Source of the DNA: Eledone cirrhosa
Lineage: Eukaryota
Assembly: GCA_964016885.1 (NCBI GenBank)
Contig: OZ024742.1
Span: 12,524,001-12,588,000 of the forward strand
DNA length: 64,000 nt
Direction: 5' to 3'
In this document: piece by piece, positions 43,036-56,000 of the stretch
Layout: each line of letters starts with the position of its first letter
Position numbering within the stretch: the first letter of the stretch is position 1
The notes under the pieces: model-generated
Seen by the model: only the letters and a program-made list of their open reading frames with translations
Database searches by the model: none
What the model was told of the DNA's origin: nothing
Program-made: the position numbers and the translations under genes

Positions 43036-43592
43036 TCAATGGGAGATTACCTTGTACTTTATAATAATAGTGTTCTTTCAATGATAGTCTATAAATTCAA
43101 GATATTGTATGTGTATGCTTGTGTGTCTATTTGTGTGAGTGTGTGTGTCCGTTTGTGTGAGTGTGTATGTGCATGTCTATGCCTATGTCTGTGTGTGTAT
43201 GTGTATGTATATGTGTGTGTGCCTGTGTGTGTGTGTGTGTGTGTTTACATACATATAAGCTAATGATTTCATTTAGTATGCTTAAACAGAGTTCAAATCC
43301 CACCAAGGTTAACTTTGCCTTTCATCCTTACGGGGTCGATACAATAAAGTAAAAGTAATGCACTGGGATAATTGCTGGCTTGTGCCAAAATATAGAAACA
43401 ATTATGATTGGATGAAGAGAAAGCTTGCACAGAAACACACACACATGCACATACACACACACCAACATATATATATATATGGCCACCATTCACAACCCGC
43501 TACTTTGACCGTTGGCCACGTGATGATTCTTACCCATTTTGAATTCATTTCTGGCGGCGATCACTGTAGAAATGTTAGTCCAAACCTGAGGG

Positions 43593-43672
43593 GTCTCTTG
43601 ATAAGCGCTAAACCTCATGAATAATACCAAGATTGGACATATCCACAAAGCGAAACTATCGATAGTCGGGAC
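43593..43672 (+). ncRNA. Degenerate hammerhead
   Basis: GTCTC-TTGATAA-GCGCT...AGC-GAAA-CTATCGATAG-TC-GGGAC. 10-nt palindromic stem III; two core transitions. Confidence 0.45.
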
Positions 43673-43928
43673 AAGAGGAATTTTGGTAAAGTTTATATGC
43701 ATTTTTTCTTCTAATTTATATTTTAGACTTAGCTCTGTTTAATTGATTATTTGTCTAGTTCATTTCTACGGGCTAAGAGGAAAGACTGGGTAAATTGTAT
43801 CTGACTGTTCTTCGAAGTTACATTTTAAACTTATAGCTCCGTTTAAATGGTTATTTATCTAGTTGATTTCTACGGACTAGGGCGAAGACAGATTGGATAT
43901 ATTTTATCTAACTGTTCTTCAAACTTGC

Positions 43929-43976
<48 letters not shown>

Positions 43977-44499
43977 AAAACAGGGAGAAAGAGACGATTA
44001 TGAGGGAGAGAAATTTCTTTTTTTTCTTCTTTTGTCCCTCTCTCTCTTTTTTCTGGGTTAGAAAATGATTAAAACGAAATGTTTTACTTTGTGTGAAGTG
44101 TTAAGGTATTAGTTGATTTATTTATTATTTAACAATGGCATTTATTTATCTATTTATATATTTAATTATTGTCTATTACCGGTTTCAGCATTTATATGCA
44201 TTATCAAATGATAGTGAAATGTATTAGTGTGGTGTCGCACATGTTAAACAGAAGGTGCAGAAAGAATAATGTTATATACAAACAAGGTTTAAGAAGTGAA
44301 AAGAAAAAAGAAAAAGGAAAGAAAAAACGTGCATAATGTGGAACGTAAAAAGTCAATGTGGAAGAATAAATAATGTTATTTACAAGCACAGTCATTGAAG
44401 TTAAACAGTTCAAAATGTGTTAATATCGCAAGAGTGCTTAGTTGAACCATGGTTCCGTGAAGGAGGCAAATGGTGGACTGCGGTTTGATATGATTTCCC

Positions 44500-44604
<105 letters not shown>

Positions 44605-44770
44605 TATAATAAAATATATATTATAAAATATATATGGTTTTATAAATATAGGTTCCATTTATTAATATATTGAATGTTTACTCCAGTAACTTGTAGAGTG
44701 CTTTATATCAGTTATAAAACTTTTAAGCTTGTTGAATCCCAACAAATTGAATATAACTTTTGCATATATA

Positions 44771-44813
<43 letters not shown>

Positions 44814-44815
<2 letters not shown>

Positions 44816-45163
44816 TGAAAGAGTGAAGAATAACAGTACAAGAAGGGTTTTATTTACAGTATTAACAATTGTTTCACTGATTAAGTTATCTTAAAATTTT
44901 TAATCACTTGAAGTTGTGCCACTCAATTTTAATGAAAATACTGTACATAAAACCCTTTTTGTACTGTTGACCATGTTATTCTTCACTCTTTCACTATTAT
45001 TACTCCAAGATTAACGTACATAGCAATTCCCGAGAACTCATATACTCGCTACCTAAGGAAACCTCTCGTTGAGTCAAACAACGCCGTACGTTAAAACTAT
45101 CCACAATACGGAGTATTCACAACCTCTAACTGGATTACTTATAACGATAACATGCTATCCCTT

Positions 45164-45165
<2 letters not shown>
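44814..45165. mobile_element. Miniature fold-back element (IR 44814-44863 / 44937-44995) with one-sided tail
   Basis: AGTGAAAGAGTGAAGAATAACA...TACAGTATT is inverted. The spacer has GAAACAATTGTT on the minus strand. Confidence 0.65.
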
Positions 45166-45229
<64 letters not shown>

Positions 45230-45520
45230 AAGCTCAAGCCATTTTGACGGCTTTTTTTGTACTCTGCCGTCGGGGTCATGAACATTTTCCTATATATATA
45301 TATATGTGTGAAAAGAGTCAGGACCCCGACAGCTGAGCTCCAGCCGAATTAAGCCAGCAGTATATACTGCTGGCTTAGTTCGGATCTAGCTGTCGAAACG
45401 GCCAGAACTCAGCCGTCGGGGTCCTGACTCTTTTCTTATTATCCACTCTACTACCCTAAGTATCAACTTATCTGGTGCGTTATGGTCAACCTGGTATCTT
45501 ACCACACCTTCTTTGTTGTG
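45230..45520. mobile_element. Fold-back element of the 7342/37097 family with a central palindrome
   Basis: GAAAAGAGTCAGGACCCCGAC.GCTGAG / CTCAGCCGTCGGGGTCCTGACTCTTTTC around CCGAATTAAGCCAGCAGTATATACTGCTGGCTTAGTTCGG. Confidence 0.8.
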
Positions 45521-45581
45521 TATATATATATATATACAGAGAGTGAGGGGGGAGAGGGAGAGTGAGAGGTGATTGCATCTG

Positions 45582-46348
45582 TCAGGTCACCAGTTGGTGC
45601 TACTGGTAACATGTGTCCCAGTACAACCTGTCTCATGGTCGGGTCGTTAGCGACTAAACTGGTAACCCCACCAAGATTTCTTGGTGAGGAGGGTGACTTT
45701 GGACATCCTGCAGGACTAAAAACAAAACCTGTCAAAGGGCAAAGGAACTCCTGGGAGCTCTTAGAGCTCTTGGAGTCAATGGCCATCCAAAACCAGCACG
45801 GCCCGCCGAAAGGCGCTGCAGTGCCGGAAAAGTCACATTCCCTGACGTTACTTCCTGCTACCAGTATGCTGGTAAGCTAGTACAACGTATCTCCAGACGG
45901 ATAGAGTGGGTCCGTAGCTTTGGTTAGCGACTACTCTATTGCTTGCAACACGAACAATTAGGGCGAGGGTATAAATGCCAGGTTGGTATCTGGCGCCGGG
46001 TGACCCACCACGCGGAGGAGAAAGCACCTTCTTCAAGACTTGGCAGTCAAATTCTTTCACATGTGTGTAGTAGTGGCGCCCACACACATTATTAGCTATT
46101 TGAAAAGATGATGGATTTCGCAACTAACTGCACCAGGGTTCCTGTTCCTCAGGGAACCACACTATATGGTATACTTGTTGATATAGGTCCAGCCCCTGCT
46201 TCCCCGGGTCCTGTTTCTGATCATAATGATCTCTAGGGATACGGGAATCAGTAGACAGGACCTGGGGGCAGCGATGGGGGACAGGGAATTCTGGGGCATG
46301 AGAGTGAGATTCATCATCTCGACAGTAGTCGAAGAATGATGATGATGA
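45582..46348 (+). mobile_element. Internally deleted (bipartite) RTE-clade LINE derivative with TSD
   Basis: GC-rich structured leader. 3' end encodes ISRDTGISRQDLGAAMGDREFWGMRV...EE* followed by a (TGA)n tail. TGCATCTG at 45574-45581 and 46349-46356. Confidence 0.75.
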
Positions 46349-46488
46349 TGCATCTGGTTGAGTGATGAAAGATTTCGCTTCGTAATCGGCTATTTAGTTC
46401 TGCCAAGTGATATTTTGGTGACTAATGTCTTGTAAGAAGTTGAATCTGGTGGACGGAAACTGCAAAGGTTGAGTGCATGTATGCATGG

Positions 46489-46541
<53 letters not shown>

Positions 46542-46570
46542 GTGTGTGTGCTTGAAATAGCAGAAAAATG

Positions 46571-46608
46571 TTCTTAACGTTTAGGACGCTAGTCCTTCAT
46601 CAGAAGAA
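46571..46608 (-). ncRNA. Minimal hammerhead with G12>T change
   Basis: TTCTT-CTGATGA-A-GGAC-TAGC-GTCC-TAAA-CG-TT-AAGAA. Confidence 0.65.
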
Positions 46609-46886
46609 AGAATGAGAAATAAGAAAGATGGAAGGGAAGGGCGGGGCAGGTCAGAATTGGAAAAAATTAGAAAAAAATAACAGGTCCATATACATATATA
46701 TGGAAGATAAAGATTTGGAAAGAAACACCTAATGCATTTTTATTTTAATTGATGCCATCTATTATATGATAGGTGTTGCATATGTCGTGTAAAACGTCGG
46801 TCACGCTGCAAAGGTATTGGTAAAAGTATATCTGTACTTGTGTGTGTGTAGGAGAGAGAGAGAGAAAGAGAGAGAGATAGAGAGAC

Positions 46887-46941
<55 letters not shown>

Positions 46942-47088
46942 TGGTATTATTCAGTGCTGTAAAAGATCTTTATGAGAAATTATGAGCAGTTATGGGGAGG
47001 GGGGGGGGTTCTTTAATCCACCGCTGTAGTAAGTTACTATGGAAATGGAATGGTAAAAGTGTGTCTCTGTGTTTTCGCATGTGTATAT

Positions 47089-50000
47089 ATGGTGGGTATG
47101 GTGGGTTGGGTGGATATGGTGGGTATGGTGGGTATGGTGGGTATGGTGGGTATGGTGGGTATTGTGGGTAAGGTGGGTATGGTGGGTATGGTGGGTATGG
47201 TGGGTATGGTGGGTTGGGTGGGTATGGTGGGTATGGTAGGTATGATGGGTATGGTGGGTATGGTGGGTAAGGTGGGTATGGCGGGTATGGTGGGTATGGT
47301 GGATATGGTGGGTATGGTGGATATGGTGGGTATGGTGGGTATGGTAGGTATGGTGGATATGGTGGATATGGTGGGTATGGTGGGTATGGTGGGTTTGGTG
47401 GGTATGGTGGATATGGTGGATATGGTGGGTATGGTGGGTATGGTGGGTATGGTGGGTATGGTGGGTATGGTGGGTATGGTGGGTGTGGTGGGTATGGTGG
47501 ATATAGTGGGTATGGTGGGTATGGTGGGTATGGTGGATATGGTGGGTATGGTGGGTATGGTGGGTATGGTGGGTATGGTGGGTATGGTGGATATGGTGGG
47601 TATGGTGGGTATGGTGGGTATGGTGCGTATTATGGGTATAGGGGATATGGTGGATATGGTAGGTATGGTGGGTATGGTGGATATGGTGGGTATAGTTGAT
47701 ATGGTGGGTATGGTGGATATGGTGGGTATGGTAGGTATGGTGGATATGGTGGATATGGTGGGTATGGTGGGTATGGTGGATATGGTGGGTATGGTGGATA
47801 TGGTGGGTATGGTGGGTATGGTGGGTATGGTGGGTACGGTGGGTATGGTGGGTATGGTGGATATGGTGGGTATGGTGGATATGGTGGGTATGCTGGGTAT
47901 GGTGGATATGGTGGGTATGGTGGGTATGGTGGATTAAGTGGGTGTGGTGGGTATGGTGGATATGGTGGGTATGGTGGATATGCTGGGTATGGTGGATTTG
48001 GTGGATATGCTGGGTATGGTGGATATGGTGGATACGGTGGATATGGTGGGTATGGTGGGTATGGTGGGTATGGTGGGTTTGGTGGGTATGGTGGGTATGG
48101 TGGGTATGGCGGGTCCGGTGGATACGGTGGGTATGGTGGGTATGGTGGGTATGGTGGGTATGGTGGGTATGGTGGGTATGGTGGGTATGGTGGATATGGT
48201 GGGTATGGTGGATATGGTGGATATGGTGGGTATGGTGAGTATGATGGGTATGGTAGATATGGTGGGTATGGTGGGTATGGTGGGTATGGTGGGTATGGTG
48301 GGTATGGTGGATATGGTGGGTATGGTGGATATGGTGGATACGGTGGATATGGTGGGTATGGTGGGTATGGTGGGTATGATGGGTTTGGTGGGTATGGTGG
48401 GTATGGTGGGTATGGCGGGTCCGGTGGATACGGTGGGTATGGTGGGTATGGTGGGTATGGTGGGTATGGTGGGTATGGTGGGTATGGTGGGTATGGTGGA
48501 TATGGTGGGTATGGTGGGCATGGTGGATATGGTGGGTATGGTGGATAAGCTGGGTATGGTGGGTATGGTGGATATGGTGGATATGGTGGGTATGGTGCGT
48601 ATGGTGGGTATGTTGGGTATGGTGGATATGGTGGGTATGGTGGATATGGTGGGTATGGTGGATATGGTGGATACGGTGGGTATGGTGGATATGGTGGGTA
48701 TGGTGGGTATGGTGGATATGCTGGGTATGGTGGGTATGGTGGATATGGTGGATATGGCGGGTCCGGTGGATACGGTGGGTATGGTGGGTATGGTGGGTAT
48801 GGTGGGTATGGTGGGTATGGTGGGTATGGTGGATATGGTGGGTATGGTGGGCATGGTGGATATGGTGGGTATGGTGGATATGCTGGGTATGGTGGGTATG
48901 GTGGGTATGGTGGGTATGGTGGATACGGTGGGTATGGTGGGTATGGTGGGTATGGTGGATATGCTGGATATGGCGGGTCCGGTGGATACGGTGGGTATGG
49001 TGGGTATGGTGGGTATGGTGGATATGGTAGATATGGTGAGTATGGTGGGTATGGTGGGTATGGTGGATATGGTGGATATGGTGGGTATGGTCGGTATGGT
49101 GGGTATGGTGGGTGTGGTGGGTATGGTGGGTATGGTGGGTATGGTGGGTATGGTGGATACGGTGGGTATGGTGGGTATGGTGAGTATGGTGGGTATGGTG
49201 GGTATGGTGGGTATGGTAGATATGGTGAGTATGGTGGGTATGGTGGGTATGGTGGATATGGTGGATATGGTGGGTGTGGTGGGTATGGTGGGTATGGGGG
49301 GTATGGTGGGGATGGTGGATACGGTGGGTATGGTGGGTATGGTGAGTATGATGGGTATGGTAGATATGGTGGGTATGGTGGGTATGGTGGGTATGGTGGG
49401 TATGGTGGGTATGGTGGGTATGGTGGATACGGTGCGTATGGTGGGTATGGTGGGTATGGTGGATATGCTGGGTATGGTGGATATGGTGGGTATGGTGGGT
49501 ATGGTGGGTACGGTGGGTATGGTGGATATGGTGGGTATGGTGGGTATTGTGGGTATGGTGGATATAGTGGGTATGGTGGATACGGTGCGTATGGTGGGTG
49601 TGGTGGGTATGGTGGGTATGGTGGATATGCTGGGTATGGTGGATATGGTGGATATGGTGGGTATGGTGGGTATGGTGGGTATAGTTGGTATGTTGGATAT
49701 GGTGGGTATGGTGGATATGGTGGGTATGGTGTATATGGTGGATACGGTGGGTATGGTGGATATGGTACATATGATGGGTATGGTGGATATGGTGGGTATG
49801 GTGGGTATGGTGGGTATGGTGGATATGGTGGGTATGGTGGGTCTGGTGGATATGGTGGGTATGGTGGGTATGGTGGGTATGGTGGGTATGGTGGGTATGG
49901 TGGGTATGGTGGTATGGTGGGTATGGTGGGTATGGTGGGTATGGTAGGTATGGTGGGTATGGTGGGTATGTTGGATAGGGTGGGTATGGTGGGTATGGTG

Positions 50001-53000
50001 GGTATGTTGGATGGGGTGGGTATGGTGGGTATGGTGTATATGGTGGGTATGGTGGTTATGGTGGGTATGGTGGGTATGGTGGGTATGGTGTATATGGTGG
50101 ATATGGTGGGTATGGTGGATATGGTGGGTATAGTGGATATGGTGGGTATGGTGGATATGGTGGATATGGTGGGTATGGTGGGTATGGTGGGTATGGTGGG
50201 TATGGTGGATATGGTGGGTATGGTTGATATGGTGGGTATGGTGGATATGGTGGGTATGGTAGATATGGTGGATATGGTGGGTATGGTGGATATGGTAGGT
50301 ATGGTGGGTATGGTGGGTATGGTGGGTATGGTGGGTATGGTGGATATGGTGGATATGGTGGGTATAGTGGATATGGTAGGTATGGTGGGTATGGTGGGTA
50401 TGGTGGGTATGGTGGATGTGGTGGATATGATGGGTATGGTGGATATGGTGGGTATGGTGGATATGGTGGGTATGGTGGGTATGGTGGATATGGTGGATAT
50501 GGTGGGTATGGTGGGTATGGTGGATATGGTGGGTATGGTTGATATGGTGGGTATGGTGGATATGGTGGGTATGGTAGGTATGGTGGATATGGTGGATATG
50601 GTGGGTATGGTGGATATGGTGGGTTTGGTGGGTATGGTGGATATGGTGGGTTTGGTGGGTATGGTGGGTATGGTGGGTATGGTGGGTCTGGTGGATATGG
50701 TGGGTATGGTGGGTATGGTGGATATGGTGGGTATGGTGGGTATGGTGGATATGGTGGGTATGGTGGGTATGGTGGGTATGGTGGATATGGTGGGTATGGT
50801 GGGTATGTTGGGTATGATGGGTATGGTGGGTATGGTGGGTATGGTGGGTATGGTGGATATGGTGGATATGGTGGGTATGGTGGGTATGGTGGGTATGGTG
50901 GGTATGGTGGATATGGTGGATATGGTGGGTATGGTAGGTATGGTGGATAGGGTGGGTAAGGTGGGTATGGTTGATATGCTGGGTATGGTGGATATGGTGG
51001 GTATGGTGGGTATGGTGGATACGGTGGGTATGGTGGGTATGGTGGGTATGGTGGATATGGTGGGTATGGTGGGTATGGTGGATATGGTGGGTATGGTTGA
51101 TATGGTGGGTATGGTGGATATGGTGGGTATGGTAGATATGGTGGATATGGTGGATATGGTGGGTATGGTGGATATGGTAGGTATGGTGGGTATGGTGGGT
51201 ATGGTGGGTATGGTGGGTATGGTGGGTATGGTGGGTATGGTGGGTATGGTGTATATGGTGGATATGGTGGGTATGGTGGATATGGTAGGTATGGTGGGTA
51301 TGGTGGGTATGCTGGATGTGGTGGATATGATGGGTATGGTGGATATGGTGGATATGGTGGATATGGTGGGTATGGTGGGTATGGTGGGTATGGTTGATAT
51401 GGTGGATATGGTGGATATGGTGGGTATGGTGGGTATGGTGGATATGGTGGATATGGTGGGTATGGTGGGTATGGTGGATATGGTGGGTATGGTTGATATG
51501 GTGGCTATGTTGGATAGGGTGGGTATGGTGGGTATGGTGGGTATGTATGATAGGGTGGGTATGGTGGGTATGGTGTATATGGTGGGTATGGTGGTTATGG
51601 TGGGTATGGTGGGTATGGTGAGTATGGTGGGTATGGTGGGTATGGTGGATATGGTGGGTATGATGGATATGGTGGGTATGGTGGGTGTGGTGGGTATGGT
51701 GGGTATGGTGGGTATGGTGGGTATGGTGTGTATGGTGGGTGTGGTGGGTATGGTGGATATAGTGGGTATGGTGGGTATGGTGGGTATGGTGGATATGGTG
51801 GGTATGGTGGGTATGGTGGGTATGGTGGGTATGGTGGATATGGTGGGTATGGTGGGTATGGTGGGTATGGTGCGTATGGTGGATATGGTGGGTATGGTGG
51901 ATATGATGGGTATGGTGGATATGGTGTGTATAGTGGATATGGTGGGTATGGTGGATACGGTGGGTATGGTAGGTATGGTGGATATGGTGGATATGGTGGG
52001 TATGGTGGATATGGTGGATATGGTGGGTATGGTGGATATGGTGGGTTTGGTGGGTATGGTGGGTATGGTGGGTATAGTGGATGTGGTGGGTATGGTGGAT
52101 ATGGTGGATATGGTGGATGTGGTGGATATGATGGGTATGGTGGATATGGTGGGTATGGTGGATATGATGGGTATGGTGGGTATGGTGGATATGGTGGATA
52201 TGGTGGGTATGGTGGGTATGGTGGATATGGTGGGTATGGTTGATATGGTGGGTATGGTGGATATGGTGGGTATGGTAGGTATGGTGGATTTGGTGGATAT
52301 GGTGGGTATGGTGGATATGGTGGATATGGTGGGTATGGTGGATATGGTGGGTTTGGTTGGTATGGTGGGTATGGTGGGTATGATGGATATGGTGCGTATG
52401 GTGGTTTTGGTGGGTATGGTGGGTATGGTGGGTATGGTAGGTATGGTGGATATGGTGGATATTGTGGGTATGGTGGGTATGGTGGGTATGGTGTGTATGG
52501 TGGATATAGTGGATATGGTGGGTATGGTGGGTATTGTGGGTATGGTGGATATGGTGGATATGGTGGGTATGGTGGGTATGGTGGGTATGGTGGGTATGGT
52601 GGATATGGTGGGTATGGTGGTTATGGTGCGTATGGTGGATATGGTGGATATGCTGGGTATGGTGGATATGGTGGGTATTGTGGGTATGGTAGGTATGGTG
52701 GATATGGTGGATATGGTGGGTATGGTGGTTATGGTGCGTATGGTGGATATGGTGGATATGCTGGGTATGGTGGATATGGTGGGTATTGTGGGTATGGTAG
52801 GTATGGTGGATATGGTGGATATGGTGTGTATGGTGTGTATGGTGGGTATGGTGGATATGGTGGGTATGGTGGGTATGGTGGGTTTGGTGGATATGGTGGG
52901 TATGGTGGGTATGGTGGGTATGGTGGATATGGTGGGTATGATGGATTTGGTGGATATGGTGGGTATGGTGGGTATGGTGGGTATGGTGGGTATGGTGGGT

Positions 53001-56000
53001 ATGGTGGGTATGGTGGGTATGGTGGGTATGGTGGGTATGGTGGGTATGGTGGGTATGGTGGGTATGGTGGATATGGTGGGTATGGTGGGTATGGTGGGTA
53101 TGGTAGGTATGGTGGATATGGTGGATATGGTGGGTATGGTGGGTATGGTGGGTTTGGTGGGTATGGTGGATATGGTGGATAAGGTGGATATGGTGGGTAT
53201 GGTGGGTATGGTGGGTATGGTGGGTATGGTGGATATGGTGGGTGTGGTGGGTATGGTGGATATAGTGGGTATGGTGGGTATGGTGGGTATGGTGGATATG
53301 GTGGGTATGGTGGGTATGGTGGGTATGGTGGATATGGTGGGTATGGTGGGTATGGTGGGTATGGTGCGTATTATGGGTATAGGGGATATGGTGGATATGG
53401 TAGGTATGGTGGGTATGGTGGATATGGTGGGTATAGTTGATATGGTGGGTATGGTGGATATGGTGGGTATAGTGGGTATGGTGGATATGGTGGGTATGGT
53501 GGATATGGTGGGTGGGGTGGGTATGGTGGGTATGGTGGATATGGTGGGTATGGTGGGTATGGTAGGTATGGTGGATATGGTGGATATGGTGGGTATGGTG
53601 GATATGGTGTGTATGGTGGATATGGTGGATATGGTGGGAATGGTGGATATGGTGGGTATGGTGGGTATCGTGGGTATGGTGGGTATGGTAGATATGCTGG
53701 GTATGGTGGATATGGTGGGTATTGTGGGTATGGTAGGTATGGTGGATATGGTGGATATGGTGGATATGGTGGGTATGGTGGGTATGGTGGATATGGTGGG
53801 TATGGTGGATATGGTGGGTATGGTGGGTATGGTGGGTTTGGTGGATATGGTGGGTATGGTGGGTATGGTGGGTATGGTGGATATGGTGGGTATGGTGGAT
53901 TTGGTGGATATGGTGGATATGGTGGATATGGTGGATATGGTGGATATGGTGGGTATGGTGGGTATGGTGGGTTTGGTGGGTATGGTGGGTATGGTGGGTA
54001 TGGTGGGTATGGTGGGTATGGTGGATATGGTGGGTATGGTGGGTATGGTGGGTATGGTGGGTATGGTGGGTATGGTGGGTATGGTGGGTATGGTGGATAT
54101 GGTGGATATGATGGGTATGGTGGGTATGGTGGATATGGTGGGTATGGTGGGTATGGTGGGTATGGTGGATATGGTGGGTATGGTGGATTTGGTGGATATG
54201 GTGGATATGGTGGATATGGTGGATATGGTGGATATGGTGGGTATGGTGGGTATGGTGGGTTTGGTGGGTATGGTGGGTATGGTGGGTATGGTGGGTATGG
54301 TGGGTATGGTGGATATGGTGGGTATGGTGGGTATGGTGGGTATGGTGGGTATGGTGGGTATGGTGGGTATGGTGGGTATGGTGGATATGGTGGATATGAT
54401 GGGTATGGTGGGTATGGTGGATATGCTGGGTATGGTGGATATGGTGGGTATGGTGGGTATGGTGGGTATGGTGGATATGGTGGGTATGGTGTGTATGGTG
54501 GGTATGGTGGATATGGTGGGTATGGTGGGTTTGGTGGATATGCTGGATATGGTGGATATGGTGGGTATGGTGGGTATGGTGGATATGGTGGATATGGTGG
54601 GTATGGTGGATATGGTGGTTATGGTGGGTATGGTGGATATGCTGGGTATGGTGGTTAAGCTGGGTATGGTGGATATGGTGGGTATGGTGGGTATGGTGGA
54701 TACGGTGGGTGTGGTGGGTATGGTGGGTATGGTGTATATGGTGGATATGGTGGGTATGGTGGATATGGTGGGTATGGTGGGTATGGTGGATATGGTGGGT
54801 ATGGTGGATATGCTGGGTATGGTGGGTATGGTGGATATGGTGGGTATGGTGGATATGCTGGGTATGGTGGATAAGCTGGGTATGGTGGATATGTTGGGTA
54901 TGGTGGGTATGGTGGATACGGTGGGTGTGGTGGGTATGGTGGGTATGGTGTATATGGTGGATATGGTGGGTATGGTGGATATGGTGGGTATGGTGGGTAT
55001 GGTGGATATGGTGGGTATGGTGGATATGCTGGGTATGGTGGGTATGGTGGATATGGTGGGTATGGTGGATATGCTGGGTATGGTGGATATGCTGGGTATG
55101 GTGGATATGGTGGGTATGGTGGGTATGTTGGATACGGTGGGTATGGTGGGTATGGTGGGTATGGTGGATATGGTGGATATGGTGGGTATGGTGGGTTTGG
55201 TGGGTATGGTGGGTATGGTGGATATGGTGGGTATGGTGGGCATGGTGGATATGGTGGGTATGGTGGTTATGCTGGGTATGGTGGGTATAGTGGGTATGGT
55301 GGGTATGGTGGATACGGTGGGTATGGTGGGTATGGTGGGTATGGTGGATATGGTGGATATGGCGGGTTCGGTGGATACGGTGGGTATGGTGGGTATGGTG
55401 GATATGGTAGATATGGTGAGTATGGTGGGTATGGTGGGTATGGTGGATATGGTGGATATGGTGGGTGTGGTGGGTATGGTGGGTATGGTGGGTATGGTGG
55501 GTATGGTGGGTATGGTGGATACGGTGGGTATGGTGGGTATGGTGTGTATGGTGGGTTTGGTGGGTATGGTGGGTATGGTGGGTATGGTGGGTATGGTAGA
55601 TATGGTGAGTATGGTGGGTATGGTGGGTATGGTGGATATGGTGGATATGGTGGGTGTGGTGGGTATGGTGGGTATGGTGGGTATGGTGGGTATGGTGGAT
55701 ACGGTGGGTATGGTGGGTATGGTGAGTATGATGGGTATGGTAGATATGGTGGGTATGGTGGGTATGGTGGGTATGGTGGGTATGGTGGGTATGGTGGTTA
55801 TGGTGCGTATGGTGGGTATGGTGGGTATGGTGGGTATGGTGGGTATGGTGGATACGGTGCGTATGGTGGGTATGGTGGGTATGGTGGATATGCTGGGTAT
55901 GGTGGATATGGTGGGTATGGTGGGTATGGTGGGTATGGTGGGTATGGTGGGTATGGTGGATATGGTGGGTATGGTGGGTATTGTGGGTATGGTGGATATA

